64,000 bases of DNA, from the NCBI GenBank assembly GCA_002269645.1, contig NIVC01001153.1:1-64000 (forward strand), given 5' to 3'. The notes below the pieces were generated by a model. That model saw only the letters and a list, made by a program, of their open reading frames with translations, made no database searches and was not told the DNA's origin. Each line of letters starts with the position of its first letter. Position 1 is the first letter of the stretch. This DNA comes from Macrostomum lignano. Lineage: Eukaryota. A program made the position numbers and the translations under genes. Below, piece by piece: positions 11,115-22,942 of the stretch.

Positions 11115-13800
11115 CCCTTGACATCCAAGCAATTCCCCTGTGAGCCTTGACATCTCAGCAATTCCCTGTGAGCCTTGAAATCTCAGCAATTCTCCTGTGA
11201 GCCTTGCCATCTCAGCAATTCCCTGTGAGCCTTGAAATCTCAGCAATTCCCTGTGAGCCTTGAAATCTCAGCAATTCTCCTGTGAGCCTTGCCATCTTAG
11301 CCATTCCCCTGTGAGCCTTGACATCTCAGCAATTCCTCATCACGGCCTTGATATCTCAGCGTCAGCGATTCCCCTGTGAGCCTTAGCCTAGACATCTCAG
11401 CAATCCCCCCTGTGGCTGTGAGCCTTAACATCTCAGCAATTCCCTGTGAGCTTTGCCATCTTAGCCATTCCCCTGTGAGCCTTGACATCTCAGCAATTCC
11501 CTGTGAGCCTTGACATCTCAGCAATCCCACTTGTGAGTGCCTTGACATCTCAGCAATTCCCCTGTGAGCCTTGACATCTCAGCAATTCTCCTGTGAGCCT
11601 TGCCATCTCAGCAATTCCCTGTGAGCCTTGAAATCTCAGCAATTCCCTGTGAGCCTTGCCATCTTAGCCATTCCCCTGTGAGCCTTGAAATCTCAGCAAT
11701 TCCCTGTGAGCCTTGAAATCTCAGCAATTCCCTGTGAGCCTTGACATCTCAGAAATCCCCCCCCCTGTGAGCCTTGACATCTCAGCAATCCCCCCTGTGG
11801 CTGTGAGCCTTAACATCTCAGCAATTCCACCCGTTAGCCTTGACATCTCAGCAATCCCCCCCCCTGTGAGCCTTGAAATCTCAGCAATTCCCTGTGAGCC
11901 TTGACATCTCAGCAATCCCCCCCCCTGTGAGCCTTGACATCTCAGCAATCCCCCCCTGTGAGCCTTGACATCTCAGCAATCCCACCTGTGAGTGCCTTGA
12001 CATCTCAGCAATTCCCTTGTGAGCCTTGACATCTCAGCAATTCTCCTGTGAGCCTTGCCATCTCAGCAATTCCCTGTGAGCCTTGAAATCTCAGCAATTC
12101 CCTGTGAGCCTTGCCATCTTAGCCATTCCCCTGTAAGCCTTGACATCTCAGCAATTCCCCATCACGGCCTTGATATCTCAGCGTCAGCGATTCCCTGTGA
12201 GCCTTGACATCAGCGATTCCCCTGTGAGCCTTAGCCTAGACATCTCAGCAATCCCCCCTGTGGCTGTGAGCCTTAACATCTCAGCAATTCCACCCGTGAG
12301 CCTTGACATCTCAGCAATCCCCCCCTGTGAGCCTTGACATCTCAGCAATCCCCCCCTGTGAGCCTTGACATCTCAGCAATCCCCCCCTGTGAGCCTTGAC
12401 ATCTCAGCAATCCCCCCTGTGAGCCTTGACATCTCAGCAATCCCCCCCCTGTGAGCCTTGACATCTCAGCAATCCCCCCCTGTGAGCCTTGACATCTCAG
12501 CAATCCCCCCCCCCTGTGAGCCTTGACATCTTAGCAATCCCCCCTGTGAGCCTTGAAATCTCAGCAATTCCCTGTGAGCCTTGACATCTCAGCAATCCCC
12601 CCTGTGAGCCTTGACATCTCAGCAATCCCCCCTGTGGCTGTGAGCCTTAACATCTCAGCAATTCCACCCGTGAGCCTTGACATCTCAGCAATCCCCCCTG
12701 TGAGCCTTGACATCTCAGCAATCCCCCCCTGTGAGCCTTGACATCTCAGCAATCCCCCCCTGTGAGCCTTGACATCTCAGCAATCCCCCCCTGTGAGCCT
12801 TGACATCTCAGCAATCCCCCCCCCCTGTGAGCCTTGACATCTCAGCAATCCCCCCCCTGTGAGCCTTGACATCTCAGCAATCCCCCCCTGTGAGCCTTGA
12901 CATCTCAGCAATCCCCCCCCCTGTGAGCCTTGACATCTCAGCAATCCCCCCCCTGTGAGCCTTGACATCTCAGCAATCCCCCCCTGTGAGCCTTGACATC
13001 TCAGCAATCCCCCCCCCTGTGAGCCTTGACATCTCAGCAATCCCCCCCTGTGAGCCTTGACATCTCAGCAATCCCCCCTTGTGAGCCTTGACATCTCAGC
13101 AACCCCCCCCTGTGAGCCTTGACATCTCAGCAATCCCCCCCCTGTGAGCCTTGACATCTCAGCAATCCCCCCCTGTGAGCCTTGACATCTCAGCAACCCC
13201 CCCCTGTGAGCCTTGACATCTCAGCAATCCCCCCCCTGTGAGCCTTGACATCTCAGCAATCCCCCCCTGTGAGCCTTGACATCTCAGCAATCCCCCCTTG
13301 TGAGCCTTGACATCTCAGCAATTCCACCCGTTAGCCTTGACATCTCAGCAATCCCCCCCCCTGTGAGCCTTGAAATCTCAGCAATTCCCTGTGAGCCTTG
13401 ACATCTCAGCAATCCCCCCCCTGTGAGCCTTGACATCTCAGCAATCCCCCCTGTGAGCCTTGACATCTCAGCAATCCCACCTGTGAGTGCCTTGACATCT
13501 CAGCAATTCCCTTGTGAGCCTTGACATCTCAGCAATTCTCCTGTGAGCCTTGCCATCTCAGCAATTCCCTGTGAGCCTTGAAATCTCAGCAATTCCCTGT
13601 GAGCCTTGCCATCTTAGCCATTCCCCTGTGAGCCTTGACATCTCAGCAATTCCCCTGTGAGCCTTGACATCTCAGCAATCCCCCCCCCCCTGTGAGCCTT
13701 GACATCTCAGCAATTCCCCTGTGAGCCTTGACATCTCAGCAATTCCCTGTGAGCCTTGACATCTCAGCAATTCCCCTGTGAGCCTTGACATCTCAAGCAA
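11115..13800. repeat. ~27-34-bp satellite CTGTGAGCCTTGACATCTCAGCAAT(C)n, ~2.7 kb
   Basis: Fixed core plus a variable C run. Recurrent variant blocks indicate higher-order structure. Confidence 0.97.
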
Positions 13801-13955
13801 TTACCCTAAGAGCCAGAGCATTTTTGCAATGGCCCTCATACGCCACAAATCCATATACTAAAAATCAAACCTGAACTTGTATTTCTAATATAATTTCTAT
13901 ACAATCACTGACAGCAACTCATATTGATCGATTGATGCTAAAATAGACAGCAGCC

Positions 13956-15707
13956 ATGTCGAATTTCTTTGTCAACATCGCCGACAAGTTTGAGGCGATG
14001 AGCAATGTTGTAAAGCAGCAGACCACAGGCTCAGGCGCCGGTGGTAGCAGCAGCGCCAGTTCAACTGGCGTCAACAGTCGCTGCAACGACTGTCGCGGCC
14101 AATTCGCCACTCTGTTTCCAAAGCGTCAGCGTTGCGCAATCTGTCGTTATTATTTCTGTCGTACCTGCGTGGGCAATGTACCAGTGAGTGGCAGAGTGCA
14201 GCTGGGCTCCGCTCTGCCACTTCGAGACGCTGTTAGTAATACGGTTGTGCCAGCCTGCTCTCGTTGTCGGGTGTTCTCTAATCCGAATTTCACTTACGAA
14301 CAATTGATGCGGCTACGAGTTAGGGATCTGTTCTGGTTTCTGCAGCGGACTGGCACGCAGAATGACGAGCTGCGAGGCTTGAAAGAGAAGAATCAGCTGG
14401 CCGATTTGGTGATGGACAGGTTCGGCAATGTCGAGTACCGGCGGGCCCGGGCGGATGAGAGGCGGCACCAGCACGAGAGGCTGGCTCAGATGGCGTCGAA
14501 TATGGAGCAACTGGCCGGTGGCGCCCAGAGACAGGTTAGATTGCAGCAGAGATGGTTCAGTAGTTCCCTAATATGGTCATTGGTTAGATTGCAGCAGAGA
14601 TGGTTCAGCAGTTCCCTATTATGGTGATTGGTTAGATTGCAGCAGAGATGGTTCAGCAGTTCCCTAATACGGTTATGAAACAGTATGTATATGGGGTTTC
14701 AATCACGCATGCTTTAATCTGATCTGTTTAAACAATCTTTTTTTGGACAGCAACAACAACAAACTGCTTCTACGAGTACAAGTCAGCGTGAAAATCAACA
14801 TCAACCAGAAGATTCCCATGCTCAACCACCGGAAGCTGCTCAACCACCGGAAGCTGCTCAACCACCGGAAGCTGCTCAACTACCGGAAGCTGCTCAACCA
14901 CCGGAAGCTGCTCAACCACCGGAAGCTGCTCAACTACCGGAAGCTGCTCAACCACCGGAAGCTGCTCAAATACCGGAAGCTGCTCAACTACCGGATGCTG
15001 CTCAACCACTGGAAGCTGCTCAACTACCGGATGCTGCTCAACCACCGGAAGCGATGGAACGGTCGACAGACACCCTGTCGCAGTCGTCCATCCCGAATGT
15101 ACCGCCGCCACCGTATCCGGGTTTACCGCCAGAAGCTGCCGCCGCTGCTGCAGACGAGGATAACAATGCGGCAAATACTGACGATGAGGACATCGAGATG
15201 GCTCAGGACGCGGCTGCGGAAGCGGCTGCAGCGGATCTGCTGGCCGCTATGGAGGCCGCTGAAGTAGCTGCCGCTATTGAAGAAGCGGAAGCGGCCTCCT
15301 CCTCAGCAGCAGCCGCCGCCCCTGCCGCTCCCGCAGCGTCGTCTCACTCGGAGGTGACCAGTCTGGATCAAGTTGCCAACGAATCGGATTTGGATAAGCT
15401 AAGCGTTCGCGAGATTAAACAACTGCTAGTGCGCAACTTTGTTGACTATCGCGGCTGTTTAGAACGGGCTGAACTGCTGGAGCGACTGCGCAGGCTGTAC
15501 AGAGAGCATGCCGTGTCTAAACAGGCTGTCCTGCATGACGAATTGGCCGACTCTGACCTGTGCAAGATCTGCATGGACGCGGCCATAGACTGTGTGCTGC
15601 TGGAGTGCGGCCACATGGTCACCTGTGTGCAGTGCGGCAAACAGTGCTCGGACTGTCCCGTGTGCCGGCAGTACGTTGTAAGGGTTGTGCGAACTTTTAA
15701 GTCTTGA
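13956..15707 (+). CDS. RNF34: RNF34/RFFL (CARP)-like E3 ligase: FYVE-like finger, SAP-like segments, C-terminal IAP-type RING; exons 13956-14534, 14751-15707 (511 aa)
   Basis: CNDC...RQRCAICRYYFCRTC...CSRC; LRVRDLFWFL; LSVREIKQLLVRNFVDYRGCLERAELLERL; CKICMDAAIDCVLLECGHMVTCVQCGKQCSDCPVCRQYVVRVVRTFKS. CAG|GT and ggacag|CAA junctions are in frame. RNF34 vs RFFL orthology is not resolvable here. Confidence 0.88.
14535..14670. repeat. 48-bp repeat starting at the RNF34 5' splice site, 3 copies
   Basis: Unit GTTAGATTGCAGCAGAGATGGTTCAG(C/T)AGTTCCCTAATATGGT(C/G)ATTG. Confidence 0.93.
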
Positions 15708-15984
15708 ACAATTCTTTGTTTGTTTTTTTGGTTTATTTCCCATTATAAAAACTCTTTTCGAAATTTCTTATTCAGAGTAATCTTCATATTTTGCGTCCTG
15801 TAAAATTAAAATTAAACAGTATATTATTATTTTGTTGTTGTTGCTTTTATAACCTATGCCACAAATCATTTTAAGTCAACTATTGAGCGGCATAAAGCAT
15901 CGCTCAACTGTGCTGTACTACTGTTAGTAGCAACCGTAAGTGTCCGGTATCTAAGAAAAATTTCTTTTGCTATGGAACAGCTTT

Positions 15985-16245
15985 GTATCCAGAGTAAACA
16001 TCCGTTGGTATGCAACCACTTGGTATCCAGGGTAAACATCTGTTGCTATGCAACTACTTGGTATCCAGGATAAACATCCGTTGCCATGCAACTACTTGGT
16101 ATCCATGGTAAAAATCCGTTGCCATGCAACTACTTGGTATCCAGGTTAAACATCCGTTGCTATGCAACCACTTGGTATCCAGGGTAATTGGGTAAACATC
16201 CGTTGCTATGCAACCACTTGGTATCTAGGGTGAACAGCCGTTGCT
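15985..16245. repeat. 38-bp minisatellite, ~7 copies (mirror ~37336-37596)
   Basis: Unit ~CATCCGTTGCTATGCAACCACTTGGTATCCAGGGTAAA. Confidence 0.9.
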
Positions 16246-17147
16246 GTGCATTGTAGTGTAAAATAGTCCGCAATGTTGTTTTTTTGCAAATTTCTTAATA
16301 TTTTTCCAAGGCAACTGGCCGTTTTCAAGTTTTTGGTTTTATTATTTTAACAGCGGTCTGAATATGTGACCCCATATTATTATTTAAATATTGCGACATT
16401 ATTTTTTCGCTGTAAACCTTGCCTGTCCTTATAGTTGTGTTCCCTTTATTATTTAAGTTATAAATAAACTGTTTACTCGAAATAGCACTTCTGTAACCTT
16501 TGCCTATATTTACAAGCTAATAATGTCTTATTTTAATTTTGCAGTATTCAATTAATTGTAATGTTCAAATAGAGTTTCTGAGATTGGGATTCTGAGACTG
16601 GAGACGGGGATTCTTGGAGATGTAATTCTGAGATAGGAAAGCATAAAAATTTTTGGCCAAATATGGATGTACTTTTATGTCGTGCTCTCGTAGTTATATT
16701 TTTTGTGATCTTTCTCCAGTGTTTGGCCACGAAATTTAAGATGATTAAAATTGACTTCATTACTTTCTATTATCTGTTCAAACATGGTGTTGGGTTTTAT
16801 TTTTGTCAACTTTTCTGTGAGAAAATTATAATTTGTCTCTTTAGTTTTGTCACAACCAATATTATATCTACACTGGTCGCAGTAGTAGCACTTTTGATAG
16901 AAAAAAGCTAAAAACGGTGCAACTTCTAAGCAGTCGCAGTAATCTCCCGTCTGTCTGTCCATTATTTAATAATTGCAAGCATTAAAACAGATAGTAATAA
17001 TTACAAGCCTAATTACCAAATACATTCAGTACATGCACGGTAATAGCATGCATCGGGCTTTTGTAAAATTTGTTTGTAACTTTTAATTCTCAGACTACAA
17101 GTAAAAATTATTAGCGTGTTTGTTTTCTATTTTAATTAACTGTACTC

Positions 17148-17520
17148 TTCCTATCTCTGTCTGCACCACCCACCCCAATATACACACTCCCTACCTCTGT
17201 CTGCACCACCCACCCCAATGTACACACTCCCTACTCCTGTCTGCACCACCCACCCCAATATACACACTCCCTACCTCTGTCTGCACCACCCACCCCAATG
17301 TACACACTCCCTACCCCTGTCTGCACCACCCACCCCAATATACACACTCCCTTCCCCTGTCTGCGCCACCCACCCTAATGTACACACTCCCTACCCCTTG
17401 TGTACACACTCCCTGCCCCTGTCTGCACCACCCACCCCAATGTACACACTCCCTGCCCCTGTCTGCACCACCCACCCCAATGTACACACTCCTGCCCCTG
17501 TCTGCACCACCCATTCCAAT
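17148..17520. repeat. 40-bp minisatellite just upstream of the RPP30 ATG (mirror ~36061-36433)
   Basis: Unit CTGTCTGCACCACCCACCCCAATGTACACACTCCCTACCC. Confidence 0.92.
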
Positions 17521-17577
17521 GTACATCGTCATCGGCATTGTCACATAAAAACTCTATATACTACTTGTCACTTATTT

Positions 17578-19434
17578 ATGCCGCAGTCAAATCGTTATTA
17601 CGACCTGAACCTGCTGGACAGGCAGGAGGCCATGGTGGCTCGTAGCCAAAATCTCGGCTATTCGCACCTGGCATTCGCTTCGGTGCACACCAACATCAAA
17701 GTTCCACCGCCGCCGCCCTCACCTCTGCCAACAGCGGCTGGATCTTCTGGTTCCGGTAGGCTATGGCGAATGAGTATATCAGAGAGCATATCGAAGGTCC
17801 TAGTGGTGAAGCTTTAGTGCTGTTGAACTTTGTTTTAAAGGGTACGGATATTTTTTATAATGAAGATAAAATTGAAGTTAAGTTCAGTGAGTCAAAGTTC
17901 CTGAGGTGTGAAGTTAGGTGACTCAAACTTCCTGAGGTGTGAAGTTAGGTGACTCAAAGTTCCTGAGATGTGAAGTTCAGTGACTCAAAGTTCCTCAGGT
18001 GTGGAGTTCAGGGACTCAAATTTCCTCAGGTGTGGAGTTCAGGGACTCAAATTTCCTCAGGTGTGAAGTTCAGGGACTCAAAGTTCCTCAGGTGTGGAGT
18101 TCAGGGACTCAAAGTTCCTCAGGTGTGGAGTTCAGGGACTCAAAGTTCCTGAGGTGTAAAGTTTAGTGACTCAAATTTCCTGAGGTGTGAAGTTCAGTGA
18201 CTCAAAGTTTCTGAGGTGTGAAGTTCAGTGACTCAAATTTGCAAGAATGCGCAGTGACAGATATTTAAACTTCAAAGCATATTTTCTCCATCAACCACTC
18301 CGACTCCAGGCTCTGTGTGGTCCCGCACGGGAAGTCGCGTATGCCGTCTCACCCTAGCTTTCGGGCCGGAAGTTCAAGAAACCGAGCTGAAGTCCTATTT
18401 CCGTCAGCACGCCAAAGAACTGGAGGCCTACGATCTGTTAGCCGTGCTGCCTAAGAGCCAATCGGCTCTGCACGCCTGCGCAGAGACTCTGCCTGTGGAT
18501 CTCATCGCTTGCGATCTGGGCTCGCCTAAGTTGGAGACATTCTGGTCAGATTTTCGCGACATTCGAACAGCAGTTAGGCGAGGTATTAAGATTGAGGTTA
18601 GTTGCGACGCCGGATCATCCGGACACTTGAGAGTGTGGAGTTGCTATAGGCAGGCTGACAGGCCGACTTAAGCTACTGACAGATAGATATTTAGGTATCT
18701 AGAGACACAGACACTAACTCAGACAGACAGACAAATAGACAGATAGGTATACAAACAAACACTAAGACAGACATGGAGACATGGACAGGTGGCAGACAGA
18801 CAGAGACATACAGACAGGCAGGCAGACAGACAGACAGACATACAGACAGACAGACAGACACTAAGACAGACAGACAGACAGACAGACAGACAGCCAAGGC
18901 CACCAATCAGAGCCTGTGCCACCCGCCCATCCCCCGCAGGTGTCCCTGCAGCCCATGCTGCACTCGCAGCAGAGCCGCATCCTGGCGGCCACCCTGCTGT
19001 TCGAGCTGCTGACCTCGGCCAGGCTGTCCCCAGACGGGCTGGTGCTCAGCTCGGGCGCTCTCAACCAGTGGGATCTGCGCGACCCGTTCGGTGTCTGCGC
19101 CCTGGCCGCGTCGCTAGGCGTGCCGCCAGACAAGACCAGAGCCTGCCTGTCAGCCAATTGTGAGTCAGCAGTTGAGCACGCGCTAGTCAGACGTAAGACT
19201 GCTCACGGCGCCCTGGCTATTGCTCAGATTGCTAAGCTGCCGGGCGTGAGCAGCGTGCAGCTGGCAGATTCGGATTCTAAGAGATCGTCGGGTAGGAAGC
19301 GACCAGCCGCCGAGGAAGCTCAAGTAGATGACGGCATGACCGACTTGACGGAGCAGCAGGACCGCCTTATCGACCTGCTGTTGCCGGCAAGACCAAAGAA
19401 GAAAAAGAAAAGCGGAGCTGTTGTTCGAATATAG
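17578..19434 (+). CDS. RPP30: RNase P/MRP subunit p30-like, exons 17578-17755, 18310-18596, 18940-19434 (319 aa)
   Basis: YYDLNL...LGYSHLAF; YDLLAVLPKSQSALHAC...VDLI; AVRRGIKIE|VSLQP; LVLSSGALNQWDLRDPFGVCALAASLG...CLSANCESAVEHALVRRKTAHG matches the Rpp30 pattern. Splice sites are in frame. Confidence 0.88.
17876..18240. repeat. 31-bp minisatellite in RPP30 intron 1 (mirror ~35341-35705)
   Basis: Unit ~GAAGTTCAGGGACTCAAAGTTCCTCAGGTGT. Confidence 0.92.
18675..18895. repeat. (CAGA)n microsatellite in RPP30 intron 2 (mirror ~34686-34906)
   Basis: Direct reading of the sequence. Confidence 0.93.
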
Positions 19435-19696
19435 GGAATGCCGTGCTACTAAAAGTAGGCAAAGTTTAAATTTTGGTGGGATTTGTTCCTGTGCCAAAAC
19501 AACAAGTTGTAAAATTGTAACTTTAACAACTTAATAATGATTTGCTTGTATTTTTGAAGTATAACCGTTGCTAATTTAGTCTGAACTATGCATTTGTTCC
19601 TTTGCGGCCTGTTATTGACTGTGATGAGTCAGTCTTGTTACTTATTTTATTTCACTTTTTCCGTTTAGCATTGCTTAAGCTAGGGGAGGTCTTTCC

Positions 19697-20006
19697 TAAC
19701 CCCTCAGATCATTCAGTGCCTGCTGCCCCTCCCCTCAGATCCTTCAGTGCCTGCTGCCCCTCCCCTCAGATCCTTCAGTGGCTGCTGCCCCTCCCCTCAG
19801 ATCCTTCAGTGCCTGCTGCCCCTCCCCTCAGATCCTTCAGTGGCTGCTGCCCCTCCCCTCAGATCCTTCAGTGGCTGCTGCCCCTCCCCTCAGATCTTTC
19901 AGTGGCTGCTGCCCCTCCCTTCAGATTCTTCAGTGCCTGCTGCCCCTCCCCTCAGATCCTTCAGTGCCTGCTGCCCCTCCCCTCAGATCCTTCAGTGGCT
20001 GCTGCC
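19697..20006. repeat. 31-bp minisatellite interrupted by the mini-Polinton; last unit at ~22815-22845 (mirror 33453-33880, ~4 more units)
   Basis: Unit TGCCTGCTGCCCCTCCCCTCAGATCCTTCAG. Confidence 0.93.
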
Positions 20007-22814
20007 AGTAGTAAATAGAAAATTACGTCCATACCCATTTTTTTCAATTGCAAAACACGTAATAAGGTAACCCGTCAGAAATTTTATTCCGCACATACCT
20101 TTATTTTCCTATAAAATCAAGTAGTAAGATACCGAACCAAATGGTAGGGTATACAACAGGAATTCTAACTACACTGCACCGCACCCACAAATAATTCAAA
20201 AGAAGAAAAGATCTAAATTTCGATCAACCAACCAACTTGTCCAAAAACGCACTTTCCGTATATTTCTGCATTACAAGAACAGAGGCAACTAATGTGCTGT
20301 AAAGCGTCGTAGGCAAAAATACACGCGCCGAAATTCATTTCTTCGACGAGGCTCACAACCGTTAAAAAGAAGCGAAGGCTACCACCACGAGTCAGTTTGA
20401 AATACAAACAAAACAACACCCAAATACCACAATGTCCAGACCGAGGATCCTGAATAGCAAATCGGCTGTAGGACCAATTTTGAAAATCCCCACATTCTCG
20501 CCCCAACCACCGTCTAATATTTTCCGGCGGATTTAAACCAAGCGAATCAAAATATTCCCCGACCCTTCGTCCACGGCCCCCCCCCCTAACCCGCCTGCTA
20601 CTCACCCAAACTGCAACCCAATGCCTACCAGGAAGATTCGAAGTGTCTGTATTCGCCACAAAGAAATAGTCTTTACCATCTAAAGGTAATTGTCCAAGAG
20701 TTCTAATCGAGTCCTGAGGATACACACCCAAAAAGACAACACCAAACAATCTCATACATAGAATTGTAATAATTGACCGCAAGAATCTGTCACTGGCACT
20801 CTGCAACATGTTCAGATTCACTTCCTCCATGCTGTGCCCGGCACGACGTCGCGAAGCTCCGTGATCTGCAGCTGCTTGTCAAATAGACCACCGAATATTA
20901 CATTGTAGACAACGCGCTTGTTGCTTGAGCGAAGCGCAACTCCAACTTTACATTTCCTTCCTTATAGAGCTGAGCACCATGCACGTTACGTCTACGCAAA
21001 AAAGCGAGAAAAGATTCAAAGCCACCTACCATGTCTTTTTAGCGGTCTGTCTCGGACAACATACTCCGCCTCCGCAGAACTACCCTCTTCGAAAAGAGTT
21101 TTTACAAGAGCGTCGTATCTCCTTTTGAATGCCTTCAGAAGCCGATTTTTGGTGCTTCCTCAACACCAACCTCTCGAACAGGACCGCTACTTGGCCCATT
21201 TTGCAGTATTCGCCGAGAATTTTCTAGTCTTGTCTTTACACTAGCATTGCATTCACTACGAATATGGACAAATCCGCCCGAAAGAAAGAACTAGCTGAGC
21301 GATATGTGAGAGACGGTAAGCAATTATTGGGCTTTTTGTTTATTAAGAAGCTGATCGGGTAGTAATGGGCTGCGTCTTCTCTCTTTGCAGCGTTCAAGAA
21401 CGGGGTCTTTGCGCGGCCGCCTCCGGGTTATATGTACCCCGAGAATGTCGCGGTTGCGAGGGCGAATATGCCTTGGCAGTGCAAGCCCTAGGTACTGGGT
21501 GGTACCGCTTTTTCTTCCGGGAGATGAAGTCTGGAAAACTGACGACTATGGACTATTGGGACTTGACTGCGGACGCCTGACTGCGCAATGGAACGATACT
21601 GATATGTAGTTGTTCGTATATAATTTGGTAATATTAATGTCTACTTAGTATTGTAATAATCCACTATTCATTAGGGAATTTTAAAGTTATTTAAAAGACG
21701 GTCATATCGCAATTTTGCGTTCGTTTGCCTTAGTTTACCATAAAGAATTTAACATCATGATACTAAAACTGTATCCGATCTGTTCAAATATATAGAATAA
21801 GACAAGTCAAGTCGATTCGACCCTAAGACTGTTTCTCACTACGAAGGTTCAATTTATTATTGTGCATGGCCGTCAGTACCGAGCTCAGAAGGATCTCGTC
21901 ACAGCAACACTTACAATTACCCGGTTTTTTCGGATGTGATTGGTTTGTAGATCAGTGACTGAGAATTGAAAACAGATTATGTCTTTTGGCGTGTTATACT
22001 TTAGTCCGTTAAATTCAAGTATACTTAGTTTTTTGAGCAAGTGATAGTACAACGAACAGGAACGTTGGCGAAGAACTGCAGAAATGAACAGGTTGGACAA
22101 CGAAAAAATGATATTGAAGCATTCAATCAAGACAGTTTAGTGGCTTACGAATGTTAGAAATTCAAAATATGAATGTATACCCGAGCCGAATAACTGTTAA
22201 GATATTTGGTGGCCTACTACTGTCTTAAACTAACTTTTTGTCCCATCTTTGAAGTATGTATATATTTGGCTGGTAAATTTCAAATACGTTTAAAAATAAA
22301 AAATAGGAGTTTGTATCGTTCGTAATTCTCAATGGTCTTTTCTTGAAAATTTAAAAATTGGGGTCTTGAATGACTCCTGGTACGAAAGGCAGTATGGGGA
22401 GAAAGTATAAGGCGCAGCAGGCGGCTTATTTACTGCCTGTAGCCTATTCTGAGCTGGGTTTTGCTTGCAGAGGGATTGTGGCACAATTTCACTTCTGCAA
22501 TTTATTAAGCTCTTTTCTTTTGTTCTTTGTGGGTGCGTGTTTCCCCTATTCTTGTAATGCAGAAATAGCTATGTCGTTTTTCAGCAACTTGGTTGATCGG
22601 TGTTGTTGGGTCTTTTCTTTCTCGTTCTTTGTGGCTGCACTGCAGTTTAGTTGGAATTCCTGTAGAATACCCTACCATTTGGTTCGGTACCTTATTTGAT
22701 TTTTAATACAAAAATAAGGTATGTGCGTAATAAAATTTCTGACGGGTACCTTATTACGTGTTTTGCAATTGAAAAATGGGGTATGGACGTAATTTTCTAT
22801 TACTACGAGCTACT
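20007..22814. mobile_element. Internally deleted (mini) Polinton/Maverick, 2808 bp
   Basis: Starts AGTAGT (20007). ~280-bp imperfect TIRs (20007-~20285 and ~22535-22814). GCTGCC on both flanks (20001-20006, 22815-22820). Carries an adenain-type protease ORF. Confidence 0.88.
20213..20830 (-). CDS. Polinton/adenovirus-type cysteine protease (205 aa)
   Basis: FLGVYPQD...ANTDTSNLPGRHWVAV...EYFDSLG...IQDPRSGHCGIWVLF shows the His, Asp, Gln, Cys catalytic pattern. Confidence 0.85.
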   Translation of the reverse strand: MEEVNLNMLQSASDRFLRSIITILCMRLFGVVFLGVYPQDSIRTLGQLPLDGKDYFFVANTDTSNLPGRHWVAVWVSSRRVRGGGRGRRVGEYFDSLGLNPPENIRRWLGRECGDFQNWSYSRFAIQDPRSGHCGIWVLFCLYFKLTRGGSLRFFLTVVSLVEEMNFGACIFAYDALQHISCLCSCNAEIYGKCVFGQVGWLIEI

Positions 22815-22942
22815 GCTGCCCCTCCCCTCAGACCCTTCAGTGGCCGCTATTCTCCTTACTTAATTAATATTTCTACAGTGATAAAAGCCAAATAAATGTG
22901 AGCATATCTCGCCATCTCACTGCAGCGCTCAGACCAGGCATC

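Noticed and set aside
16548-16962. Three overlapping AT-rich ORFs with Cys pairs, conserved in both arms
   Set aside because: No recognisable family, and the composition is unlike the GC-rich real exons. Conservation merely reflects the near-identical block.
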